From contig JASJPB010000007.1 in assembly GCA_031426915.1 (NCBI GenBank), positions 2,996 through 66,995 of the forward strand: a stretch of 64,000 bases of DNA, read 5' to 3'. This DNA comes from Sulfuricellaceae bacterium (GTDB lineage: Bacteria > Pseudomonadota > Gammaproteobacteria > Burkholderiales > Sulfuricellaceae). Under the pieces are notes generated by a model. The model made no database searches. It was not told where the DNA came from and saw only the letters and a list, made by a program, of their open reading frames with translations. Positions 18,555 through 27,702 of the stretch are shown in pieces. Each line of letters opens with the position of its first letter. Positions within the stretch are counted from its first letter, which is position 1. Position numbers and translations under genes: made by a program.

Positions 18555-19850
18555 ATGAACCAGCTGACCTGCAAATACCCGCGATTGCTCAACGTCGCCA
18601 TGACGCTGCTGCTGTTTGCGGCCACCAACATGGCATGGGCCGTCGTTGACGGCGTCACCGCCACCACCTTCAACCTGACGGCCAGGGCGGACTACATCTC
18701 CAGCGCGGACGGCAACGTCCACTATGCCTGGGGTTACGCCAACGGTGCCGGCCGGATGCAGTATCCGGGCGTCACCATGATCGTCAACCAGGGCGACACG
18801 GTCACCGTCAACCTGAGCAACGCGTTGCCGGTACCCGTTCCGGTGTCTGCCGTTTTCCCCGGTCAGGCCAATGTCGTCGCCAGCGGCGGGTCGTCCGGCC
18901 TCATGACCAACGAGGTATTGCCCGGTGGCACGGTGACCTACACCTTTACCGCCACCAACCCCGGAACCTATCAATACCACAGCGGAACCAACCCGGCGCT
19001 ACAGGTGGAAATGGGACTGGTGGGCGCACTGATCGTGCGGCCAAACACCGCCGATCCGTTGCACCAGGCCTATGCCCACCTCAATACCGGCTTCGACCAC
19101 GAATACCTGTTCCTGATCACCGAGATGGACCCGCTGATCCACGCCCAGGTGGATGCGCAGGTCGCAGCCAATCCGGCTGCCGCCCCCATCGTGGACACCT
19201 CGGGCTTCAGCCCGACGCTGTGGTTCATCAACGGACGCAATGCACCGGATACCCTGCTTCCCGCGGGCGCCGGGGCGCCATTGCTGCCGACGCAGCCGTA
19301 CAACATCGTGCCGCGCATGCATGCCGGAGAAAAAATCCTGCTGCGCGTGGTCAATGCCGGGCGCGACCTGCATCCCTTCCATACTCACGGCAACAATTTC
19401 TGGGTCATGGCCAGGAACGGGCGGCTACTGGAAAGCGCACCGGGAGTCGGTCCGGATCTGGCCTACTCGGATTTCACCATGCGTATCGTCCCGGGCGAGA
19501 CCTACGATGCGACCTTCGAATGGACTGGCAAGAACCTGGGCTGGGACGTCTATGGCCATGCACCGGGCGACGCCCTGGCGCCGAACGAATATGCGCCTGA
19601 CCATGGCAAGCCGATCCCGGTGATCCTGCCCAGCGTCCAGGATCTGTCCTATGGTCCGCATTACAGCGGCAGCCCCTACCTGGGACAGTTCGGCGCGCTG
19701 CCACCGGGGCAGACCCCGCAAGGCGAGAACGGCGGTTACTTCCACATGTGGCATTCCCACAATGAGAAGGAAATCACCAACGACGACATATTCCCCGGCG
19801 GAATGATGACCATGCTGATCATCGAACCTGCTGGCGTGACCATACCGTAA
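18555..19850 (+). CDS. Two-domain multicopper-oxidase-family subunit B (T2/T3 His in domain 2, no type 1 Cys)
   Basis: Signal peptide; domain 1 has AVFPGQ and YHSG only; domain 2 has HPFHTHG and WHSHNEKE. Confidence 0.88.
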   Translation: MNQLTCKYPRLLNVAMTLLLFAATNMAWAVVDGVTATTFNLTARADYISSADGNVHYAWGYANGAGRMQYPGVTMIVNQGDTVTVNLSNALPVPVPVSAVFPGQANVVASGGSSGLMTNEVLPGGTVTYTFTATNPGTYQYHSGTNPALQVEMGLVGALIVRPNTADPLHQAYAHLNTGFDHEYLFLITEMDPLIHAQVDAQVAANPAAAPIVDTSGFSPTLWFINGRNAPDTLLPAGAGAPLLPTQPYNIVPRMHAGEKILLRVVNAGRDLHPFHTHGNNFWVMARNGRLLESAPGVGPDLAYSDFTMRIVPGETYDATFEWTGKNLGWDVYGHAPGDALAPNEYAPDHGKPIPVILPSVQDLSYGPHYSGSPYLGQFGALPPGQTPQGENGGYFHMWHSHNEKEITNDDIFPGGMMTMLIIEPAGVTIP

Positions 19851-19867
19851 ACCAGGGAGCAGCAATC

Positions 19868-21817
19868 ATGAAAACGACCATGCCACATACCAAGAGACTC
19901 GTCCAGGCGCTAGCGCTGGCGGGGCTGGTTACGCTTGCCGCACCCGCCTTCTCCGCCACTTACAACCTGCGTGCCGAGGCCTTTCCATTGACCATGCCGG
20001 ACGGAGCCATCATCCAGATGTGGGGCTATGCGCTCGACGGCGCGTCCTGCGCGGCACCGCCCTGCGCGGCGACAGTTCCGGGTCCGGCCCTGACCGTGCC
20101 GCCGGGGGATACATCGCTGACCATCAACCTCAAGAACAATCTGACCGAAGCGACCTCGATCGTCATTCCCGGCCAGATGGCCACCATGACGCCGGTGTAC
20201 ACCACCAACTCCGGCGGCAAACAGGTGGTGCAGTCCTTTACCCACGAAACGACGGCTAACGGCGGCACCAATATCTATACCTGGAACAACCTGAAAACGG
20301 GCACCTACCTGTATCAGAGCGGCACCCATCCCCAGGTGCAGGTGCAGATGGGCCTCTACGGCGGCATGATGCATGACGCAGCGGCTGGCCAGGCCTATGC
20401 CGGCCTCAGCTATGACAACCAGCACCTGCTGGTGTTCAGCGAGATCGACCCGGCGCAGCACGCCGCCATCGCGGCCGGCACCTTCGGCACCCCGGGCGCT
20501 CCGCTCACCTCGTGCATGGGCACCGGTCATGCGCCCATGCCCATGACCAGCGCCCTGTGCTACCAGCCCAAGTACTTCCTCATCAACGGCAAGCCTTTTG
20601 TCGCCTCGGATTCGCCCCTGCCGCTTCCGGCCGGGCAGCGCACCCTGTTGCGCTTCGTCAACGCCGGATTGCAGACCCACGTCCCGCTCATCAACGGCAT
20701 GGACATGCAACTGGTGGCGGAGGACGGCAACCCCTATACCTGGCCGAAGCAGCAGTACTCGGCCCTGCTGCCGGCGGCAAAAACCGTGGATGCGGTGGTG
20801 GTCCCGCAGTTGGCGGTCGGCGCGACAACCGCCACCTACCCGCTCTATGACCGCCGCCTGAAACTGACTACTGGCGCGGCCACCGATGGCGGCATGTTTG
20901 CCCGGTTGCTGGTGGGCAATGATCTCCATGCGCCCACCATGACTTCCACCCCGGTCACGACCGCCACCACCAACAGCCTTTATAACTACCAGCTGACGGC
21001 GAGCGACCCGGATGCCGGTCAGTTGCTGACTTTTTCGCTGGTCAATCCACCGGCAGGCATGACGCTTAACGCCACCGGGCTGATCGCCTGGACGCCGACC
21101 GGCGTTGGCAACGTGTCGGTGACGGCGCGGGTGACCGATCCCACCAGCCTGCATTACGACCAGGTCTTCAATATCACCGTGAGCTCGGCCAACCGTCCTC
21201 CGGCCACCCTGGATGACACGGCGGCCGCACCGGTCAGAACGGCCGCTCCCTACCCGGCAGTGGTCATCAACGTGCTGGCCAACGACACGGATCCGGATGC
21301 TCCCACCAATACCATCGATCCGACGACGGTATTCCTGAGCACCACTCCCGACAAGGGTGGAACGGCCACCCCCAACCCGGACGGCACCATTTCCTACCGT
21401 CCGGCGGTGGGCTACACCGGCATCGAGACCTTCCGCTACAAGGTGAAAGACACCCTGGGTCTGGCCTCGAACCCCGGTGCCTACGTGCGGGTCAGCGTCA
21501 ACCCCGCCAACCAGCCTCCGGTCGTGGTGGACGATACCGCAACGGCGCCGTTGCGGACCGCCGCTCCTTACCCCGCGGTGATCATCAACGTGCTGGCCAA
21601 TGATTCAGACCCTGACGGTACGCTCAACGCCGGGTCGGTCTGGATTACGGTCACGCCCAACAAGGGCGGAACGGCCACCGTCAATGCCAACGGTACCATT
21701 TCCTACCGGCCCAAGGCCGGGTTCACGGGAACCGAGACCTTGCGCTACAAGGTCCTGGACAACCTGGGATTGGCGGCAACCACCGCAGCCTACGTGCGGG
21801 TGAACGTCGGGCCATGA
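19868..21817 (+). CDS. Cupredoxin-fold subunit C lacking Cu motifs, plus Ig-like domains
   Basis: Same fold motifs (SIVIPGQ, GTYLYQSGTHPQVQVQMGLYG, LINGK, LLRFVNAG) without HxH/HCH; one putative-Ig domain and two cadherin-like repeats. Confidence 0.8.
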   Translation: MKTTMPHTKRLVQALALAGLVTLAAPAFSATYNLRAEAFPLTMPDGAIIQMWGYALDGASCAAPPCAATVPGPALTVPPGDTSLTINLKNNLTEATSIVIPGQMATMTPVYTTNSGGKQVVQSFTHETTANGGTNIYTWNNLKTGTYLYQSGTHPQVQVQMGLYGGMMHDAAAGQAYAGLSYDNQHLLVFSEIDPAQHAAIAAGTFGTPGAPLTSCMGTGHAPMPMTSALCYQPKYFLINGKPFVASDSPLPLPAGQRTLLRFVNAGLQTHVPLINGMDMQLVAEDGNPYTWPKQQYSALLPAAKTVDAVVVPQLAVGATTATYPLYDRRLKLTTGAATDGGMFARLLVGNDLHAPTMTSTPVTTATTNSLYNYQLTASDPDAGQLLTFSLVNPPAGMTLNATGLIAWTPTGVGNVSVTARVTDPTSLHYDQVFNITVSSANRPPATLDDTAAAPVRTAAPYPAVVINVLANDTDPDAPTNTIDPTTVFLSTTPDKGGTATPNPDGTISYRPAVGYTGIETFRYKVKDTLGLASNPGAYVRVSVNPANQPPVVVDDTATAPLRTAAPYPAVIINVLANDSDPDGTLNAGSVWITVTPNKGGTATVNANGTISYRPKAGFTGTETLRYKVLDNLGLAATTAAYVRVNVGP

Positions 21818-21860
21818 CGGCGGAGGCCGGCTCCCGTGATCCGGGGGCCGGCCAGCCTGA

Positions 21861-22415
21861 ATGATCCAGTCGGGATGCAAGGGAGAAAACATCATGGACA
21901 ATTTTCATGTTTCAAGCACTTGCAGTTGCAGGCAGGCGGAGCCGGCATTCGGGATGCTGGCGCTGATGCTTTACCTGTTCATGGTGGTGCTGCTGATGTC
22001 CGGTTGTGCGGCCACCAAGGGTCCGGTGTCCGGGAAGGACGGCCCGGATGCCATCACCCGCCCCACCAATTGCAAGTCGGAAGAACGGCTGGGTATCCGC
22101 ATCGAGGGGCTGCGTCTCTCGGCGGCCGGCAACATGCTCGATCTGCGCTATCGCGTGAATGACTCCGAAAAGGCCGCTCCCTTGTTCGAGCGCAAGACCC
22201 GGCCCTACCTGCTCGACGAGGCAAGCGGGGCGGCCTTTGGCGTGCCGGACTCGCCCAAGGTCGGACAACTGCGGACCACCCGGCGCAACAGCGACCCCCT
22301 GTCCGAGCGCGACTACCACATCCTGTTCGCCAATCCAGGGCACCTGTTGCAGGCCGGACAGAAGGTTTCGCTGGTGATCGGCGAGGTGAAGTTGGAGAAC
22401 ATCGTTGTCCAGTAG
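21861..22415 (+). CDS. Conserved hypothetical lipoprotein
   Basis: Hydrophobic stretch ending LMSGC; RBS GGAG; co-oriented in the operon. True start may be downstream. Confidence 0.7.
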   Translation: MIQSGCKGENIMDNFHVSSTCSCRQAEPAFGMLALMLYLFMVVLLMSGCAATKGPVSGKDGPDAITRPTNCKSEERLGIRIEGLRLSAAGNMLDLRYRVNDSEKAAPLFERKTRPYLLDEASGAAFGVPDSPKVGQLRTTRRNSDPLSERDYHILFANPGHLLQAGQKVSLVIGEVKLENIVVQ

Positions 22416-22432
22416 CCAAGGGGAGGCGAGCC

Positions 22433-24760
22433 ATGAAAACCGCGAACAAGTATGCCTTGCGTCACTGCATGGCGACACTGCTGCCGCTATTGCTGGCCGT
22501 TTCCGGCGTTCAGGCGGCGGTGCTGGACACCGAACTGGAAACCGAACTGGAGGCACGTGCCCCCAACGAGGAAGTGACGGTCATCATCAAACTGTCCGAC
22601 AAGCTTGATCCCAGGCAGTTCAGGGTCAGGGACCGCCACCAGCGCAATCCGGAACACGTCAAGGCCCTGAAGCGCAAGGCCGCGCTGACCCAGGCACCTT
22701 TCAGGCGTTTCCTGGAAGGGCGGGGCGGCATGCGGGTGCGCGAGCTGTGGGCGATCAACGGCATCGCGGTAAAAGTTCGCGCCGATGCCATCAGGGAACT
22801 GGCGGCCAAGCCGGGGATCGAAAAAATCAGCCTCGACACCATCCTGCAGGCGCCCGTGGTAAGCCTGGGCACGGCGGCGCTTCCGGAATGGAATCTGGGC
22901 GCGGTGCAGGCTCCCGATCTATGGGCGCTGGGCTATACCGGGACCGGCGTCGTGGTCGCCAGCATGGACACCGGCGTGGATTCCAGCCATCCCGACCTGA
23001 TCAACAAATGGCGCGGCGGCAACAACAGCTGGTTCGACCCCCACGGCGAGCACGCCACACCCTACGACATGAACGGCCATGGCACCCAGACCATGGGCAT
23101 CATGGTGGGCGGGTCGATAGGCGGCACGGCCATCGGTGTGGCACCGGACGCGCAGTGGGCGGCGGTGAAGCTGTTCAGCGACGCCGGCCAGGCGACCTAC
23201 AGCGACATCCACCTCGCCTTCCAGTGGCTGCTCGATCCCGACGGCGATCCGAACACGCCGGATGCGCCGGATGTGGTCAATGCCTCCTGGGGCTTCGCCA
23301 CCAGCGCCGGGCAGTGCATCACCGAATTCAACCTCGACATCGAACACCTCAAGGCTGCCGCCATCGCCGTGGTCTTCGCCGGCGGCAACGACGGCCCGGC
23401 ACCGCTCACCAGCGTCAGCCCCGGCAACAACGTGGCCGGCTTCAGCGCGGGGGCGGTGGATTCCACCAACACCATCGCCGGGTTCAGCAGCCGCGGACAA
23501 TCCGCCTGCGACGGCGGCGTTTACCCGAAAACGGTGGCGCCCGGCGTCAACGTCAACACTTCCGATCTCTCCTTTGGCGGATTGCCGCTGTATGCGGTGG
23601 TGTCCGGCACCTCCTACGCCGCTCCGCATACGGCTGGCGCCATGGCCCTGCTGAGCAACGCCTTTCCCAATGCCAGCGTGGCCGAACTTGAAGCGGCCCT
23701 GATCCAGGGCGCTCTGGACCTGGGCGTGGCCGGGCCGGACAACAGCTATGGCAACGGCCTGGTCCATGCCAGGGTGGCCTATGACCTGCTGCTGGCGGCA
23801 GGAAATCAAACCCCGCTGGCCGCCAACGACAGCTATGCCATGATCAGCGGAGGTGTGTTGAGCGTGGCGGCATCCGGGGTACTCGCCAACGATTCCGATC
23901 CCGACGCCAACCCGCTGACGGCGGTCCTGGTCAGCCCGCCAGGCAGCGGCAGCGTGACCCTGAATGCCGACGGCAGCTTCGTCTATACGCCGCCCGCCGC
24001 CTTTGCCGGGCTGGCAACGTTTACCTACCAGGCGCAGGACAGCAAGGGCGCGCGCAGCAATATCGCCACGGTGTCGGTCAGCGTCAGCGCCAACCAGGCA
24101 CCCATCGCTGCGGACGATGCGCCTTCAGCGCCACATCGGACGGCTGCCGGCACTTACCCGGCCGTGATCATTAACGTGCTGGCCAACGATACGGACCCCG
24201 ACACCGCCATCGACCCCAACAATCGGATCAACCCGGCATCGGTCTTTCTGACCACCACGCCCGACAAGGGCGGGTGGACGGCGGTCAATGCCGACGGCAC
24301 GATTTCCTACCGTCCCAAGGCCGGCTTCGCCGGGACCGAAACTTTCCGCTACAAGGTGAGGGATACGCTCGGGCTGGCATCGAGTCCCGCTGCTTACGTG
24401 CGGGTCAGCGTCGCCTCGGCGCCCGTTTCCGCCAACCAGGCGCCGCTGCTGCTGGACGATGCGGCTTCCGCGCCGCTGCGCACAGCCGGCATCGCCTACC
24501 CGGCAGTGGTCATCAACGTGCTGGCCAACGATTCCGACCCCGATACGGCCACGGACCCCAACAATCGCATCAACCCGGCAACGCTGTCCCTGACCACGGC
24601 CCCGGACAAGGGAGGATGGGCCGTCGCCAACCTTGATGGCACGGTTTCCTATCGTCCCAAGGCCGGGTTCAGCGGAACCGAGACCTTCCGCTACAAGGTG
24701 AAGGATACGCTCGGGCTGGCGCCGGCCAGCGGCGCCTATGTGCGGGTGACGGTGCAGTAG
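22433..24760 (+). CDS. S8 subtilase with prodomain and Ig-like repeats
   Basis: Catalytic triad MDTG / HGTQT / GTSYAAPH; signal peptide; C-terminal repeats shared with 19868..21817. Confidence 0.93.
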   Translation: MKTANKYALRHCMATLLPLLLAVSGVQAAVLDTELETELEARAPNEEVTVIIKLSDKLDPRQFRVRDRHQRNPEHVKALKRKAALTQAPFRRFLEGRGGMRVRELWAINGIAVKVRADAIRELAAKPGIEKISLDTILQAPVVSLGTAALPEWNLGAVQAPDLWALGYTGTGVVVASMDTGVDSSHPDLINKWRGGNNSWFDPHGEHATPYDMNGHGTQTMGIMVGGSIGGTAIGVAPDAQWAAVKLFSDAGQATYSDIHLAFQWLLDPDGDPNTPDAPDVVNASWGFATSAGQCITEFNLDIEHLKAAAIAVVFAGGNDGPAPLTSVSPGNNVAGFSAGAVDSTNTIAGFSSRGQSACDGGVYPKTVAPGVNVNTSDLSFGGLPLYAVVSGTSYAAPHTAGAMALLSNAFPNASVAELEAALIQGALDLGVAGPDNSYGNGLVHARVAYDLLLAAGNQTPLAANDSYAMISGGVLSVAASGVLANDSDPDANPLTAVLVSPPGSGSVTLNADGSFVYTPPAAFAGLATFTYQAQDSKGARSNIATVSVSVSANQAPIAADDAPSAPHRTAAGTYPAVIINVLANDTDPDTAIDPNNRINPASVFLTTTPDKGGWTAVNADGTISYRPKAGFAGTETFRYKVRDTLGLASSPAAYVRVSVASAPVSANQAPLLLDDAASAPLRTAGIAYPAVVINVLANDSDPDTATDPNNRINPATLSLTTAPDKGGWAVANLDGTVSYRPKAGFSGTETFRYKVKDTLGLAPASGAYVRVTVQ

Positions 24761-24791
24761 GTTCGAAAGCCACCATGAAGGGAGAAACCGA

Positions 24792-25469
24792 ATGAATACG
24801 GAAAAAACCATGCAGATTCGTGCCCTGGATGCGGGATTGCCGCTGCGCCGGCTATCCGGGGTGATAGCCGTCACCGCGCTGTTTTTGGGCCTGGCGCTGG
24901 TTGCCGGCGTGGCCACCTCCGGCGAGCACGATCACCATGCCCACCATGGACAGGGAATGGATGCCCTGCGCGGCGTTTACACGCGCTCGGTCAGCTCTTA
25001 CAAGATCCCCGACCTCAAGCTGGTGGACATGAACGGCGCGGCGGTTTCCCTGCGCGAGGGGCTGGGCGGTAACGACCCCGTGATGCTGAATTTCATCTTC
25101 ACCACCTGTACCGCGGTCTGCCCGGTGATGAGCGCCACCTTTCACCATGTGCAGGATCAGCTCGGCACCGACAGCAGCAAGGTGCGCATGATCTCGATTT
25201 CCATCGATCCGGAAAACGATACCCCGGCAAAACTCAGGGAATATGCCGGCAAATATCACGCCGGGCCGCAATGGAAAATGCTCACCGGCAGCGCGGAAAA
25301 CAGCATCGCCGTGCAGCGGGCTTTCGACACCTTCCGCGGCGACAAGATGAATCACGCGCCGGCCACCTTCATCCGGGCGGGCGGCGCAGACAAGCCCTGG
25401 GTAAGGCTGGACGGGTTCGCCAGCGCGCCGGATATCGTCAAGGAATACCGTCAGCTTGCGTCCAGGTGA
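24792..25469 (+). CDS. SCO1/SenC family protein
   Basis: NFIFTTCTAVCP (CxxxC), conserved His (MNHAP), His-rich linker EHDHHAHHG. Confidence 0.92.
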   Translation: MNTEKTMQIRALDAGLPLRRLSGVIAVTALFLGLALVAGVATSGEHDHHAHHGQGMDALRGVYTRSVSSYKIPDLKLVDMNGAAVSLREGLGGNDPVMLNFIFTTCTAVCPVMSATFHHVQDQLGTDSSKVRMISISIDPENDTPAKLREYAGKYHAGPQWKMLTGSAENSIAVQRAFDTFRGDKMNHAPATFIRAGGADKPWVRLDGFASAPDIVKEYRQLASR

Positions 25470-25479
25470 GACGCGCGCC

Positions 25480-27126
25480 ATGGCCCATGCGAGCAAGATA
25501 ATCGCGCTGCTGCTGGCACTGGCGGCAAGCGCTGCTTGCGCTTCCGAAGCGCCGTCCGGGCAAGACCCAGGCATGCGCATTTACCGCTCGGGTCTGCTCC
25601 CATCAGGCGCGGTCTTGCGTGGCGTGCTGCGCAACGGGACCGAGTTGAGCGGCGCCGATGCGGCTTGCGCCAAGTGCCATCGGCGCAGCGGCCTGGGCGG
25701 CGGGGAAGGGCAGAAAGCCATTCGTCCCATCGCCGGCAGGCTGCTCTTCGCCCGGGCAGAGGCGCCCGCCGCGGAACGTGCCCGAGGTTTGCCGGAGGGC
25801 GCGCAATCACTGCGTCCTCCCTATACCGTGGAGACGCTCGCCCGGGCGTTGCGCGAGGGCGTCGATCCCTCCGGGCGCTCCCTGGATGCGTTGATGCCGC
25901 GCTTCGACATGAAGGATGAAGACGTGGCGCAGCTCGCGGCATACTTGCAACGCTTGTCGCAAACCTGGGCGCCGGGCGTGAGCGAGAGCGAAATTCATTT
26001 CGCCACCATCGTCACGCCAGGGGTCGATCCGGTCCGGAGCAAAGCCATGCTGGATGTGCTGGAGACCTTCTTCGCCGACAAGAACGCCGGCACGCGCAAG
26101 GAAGGCAGGCGCAAGGCCATCGGCCGCGAACAGATGTACCGTTCCTACCGGACCTGGGTGCTGCACGTGTGGAAACTGGAAGGCCTGCCCGAAACCTGGT
26201 CCGCCCAGCTTGAGGCTTATTACCGCAAGCAACCGGTGTTCGCGGCCTTGAGCGGAATGGGCGCGGGCGACTGGCGTCCGGTACATGAATTCTGCGAGCA
26301 GACAGGGCTTCCCTGCCTGTTCCCCAACGTCGATTACCCGGTGATTTCGGAAACGGATTACGCCTCGATTTACTTTTCGCGCGGGATCGTACTCGAAGCC
26401 GAAGTGCTGGCCAGGCACCTGGCCGATGCCGGCCGGGACGGGCAGGGCGGTCCGGTGGTGCAGGTGTTCCATGACGATGCCGTCGGCCGGGTGCCGGCTC
26501 AGGCCTTGCGCACAGCGCTGCGGAGTCATGGCATCAGCAATCTCGTCGATCGGCCGGTGAGCGGGAAAGAACCGGTCTCGGCGGGGTTCTGGCGCGGCCT
26601 GCTTGAAGCCGAGCGGCCGGGAATACTGGTCCTGTGGTTGAACGATGGCGATTTCGTCAACCTGCATGCCCTGGGAAATCCTCCGCCTGGCCTGGAAAGT
26701 TTCTTTCTTTCGGCCAGCCTGGTCACCTCGCCCTGCCGGGTACTGCTGTTCGACACCTGGCTGGACAAGGTTCGTCTCACCTATCCTTTCGAACTGGCCT
26801 CGCGGCGCACGCAACGCGCGTCGCGCATGGAACTCTGGCTCCGCTCCAGGAATATCCCGCTGACGGACGAACGCATCCAGGCCAATACCTATTTTGCCGT
26901 CACCGTTGCCGGCGATGCGCTGGCGCACATGAACGAAAACTTTTCCCGCGACTATTTCATCGAGCGGGTGGAACAGATGACCGAACAATCCCTGTCCTCG
27001 GAACTTTATCCCCGCCTCAGCCTCGGCCCGGGCCAGCGTTATGCCTCCAGGGGCAGCTACGTGGTCAGGTTCTCGGGCAGCGGCGAAAACACGCTGGTCC
27101 CGGTGAGCGACTGGATTGTTCCATAA
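25480..27126 (+). CDS. Cytochrome c domain fused to a type I periplasmic-binding-protein-like domain
   Basis: Signal/lipobox-like N-terminus, single CAKCH, LMPRF axial-Met-like motif; C-terminal PBP-like alpha/beta domain. Confidence 0.75.
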   Translation: MAHASKIIALLLALAASAACASEAPSGQDPGMRIYRSGLLPSGAVLRGVLRNGTELSGADAACAKCHRRSGLGGGEGQKAIRPIAGRLLFARAEAPAAERARGLPEGAQSLRPPYTVETLARALREGVDPSGRSLDALMPRFDMKDEDVAQLAAYLQRLSQTWAPGVSESEIHFATIVTPGVDPVRSKAMLDVLETFFADKNAGTRKEGRRKAIGREQMYRSYRTWVLHVWKLEGLPETWSAQLEAYYRKQPVFAALSGMGAGDWRPVHEFCEQTGLPCLFPNVDYPVISETDYASIYFSRGIVLEAEVLARHLADAGRDGQGGPVVQVFHDDAVGRVPAQALRTALRSHGISNLVDRPVSGKEPVSAGFWRGLLEAERPGILVLWLNDGDFVNLHALGNPPPGLESFFLSASLVTSPCRVLLFDTWLDKVRLTYPFELASRRTQRASRMELWLRSRNIPLTDERIQANTYFAVTVAGDALAHMNENFSRDYFIERVEQMTEQSLSSELYPRLSLGPGQRYASRGSYVVRFSGSGENTLVPVSDWIVP

Positions 27127-27265
27127 GGCCCATGCCGGGCTTGCCGTTGCATCCAGGACACGCACTCACGCCTTGTTCCGCGAACAAGGTCGGGTAAGGC
27201 CCATGTGATGGGCCATTCTTAGCTCCCGCCGGAGGCGGGGTTTTCACTGCAAAAGGAGAATAAGC

Positions 27266-27577
27266 ATGAGGAAATTTCCGTTAATCCTGGCCTGTGGCCT
27301 GCTCGCGGCCAATCTCGCCGTATCCGCACAGGCGGCGGACTACTATGGCAAGCCCGAGATGGGGATGGACAAGATGAAGGGCGAGCAAATGATGGGCAAA
27401 CACAAGATGACCGGCACGGTCGACAAGATCGACCATGCCAAGGGCACGCTCATGCTCAAAACCGGGGTGGCAGACATGGCGCTGCATTTCCCGCCGCCAT
27501 CCGTCAAGGATCTCAAGAACGGCGACACCATCACGGTCGAAATGGGTTTCATGAAAGGCGAAATGCCCATGAAGTGA
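27266..27577 (+). CDS. Small Met-rich periplasmic OB-fold protein (CusF-like)
   Basis: Signal peptide (AQA); many Met; TGTVDKID...LKNGDTITV pattern; RBS AAGGAG. Confidence 0.6.
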   Translation: MRKFPLILACGLLAANLAVSAQAADYYGKPEMGMDKMKGEQMMGKHKMTGTVDKIDHAKGTLMLKTGVADMALHFPPPSVKDLKNGDTITVEMGFMKGEMPMK

Positions 27578-27702
27578 CGGTAAATGGGGTGGTGATGAGT
27601 CCCTCTCACCCCCCATCAGCTCCAAAAATATCGAGGGTTCCATGGGCCGGCTTCCGTGATCAGGAACTCCGTTCTCGGCTTACGCCTACAGCATCCGGAA
27701 TG

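Noticed and set aside
15899-18673. 924-aa minus-strand ORF and other long antisense ORFs (e.g. 12242..13909, 54670..57024, 47812..49602)
   Set aside because: They are shadows of well-supported genes on the opposite strand in GC-rich DNA and carry no motifs.
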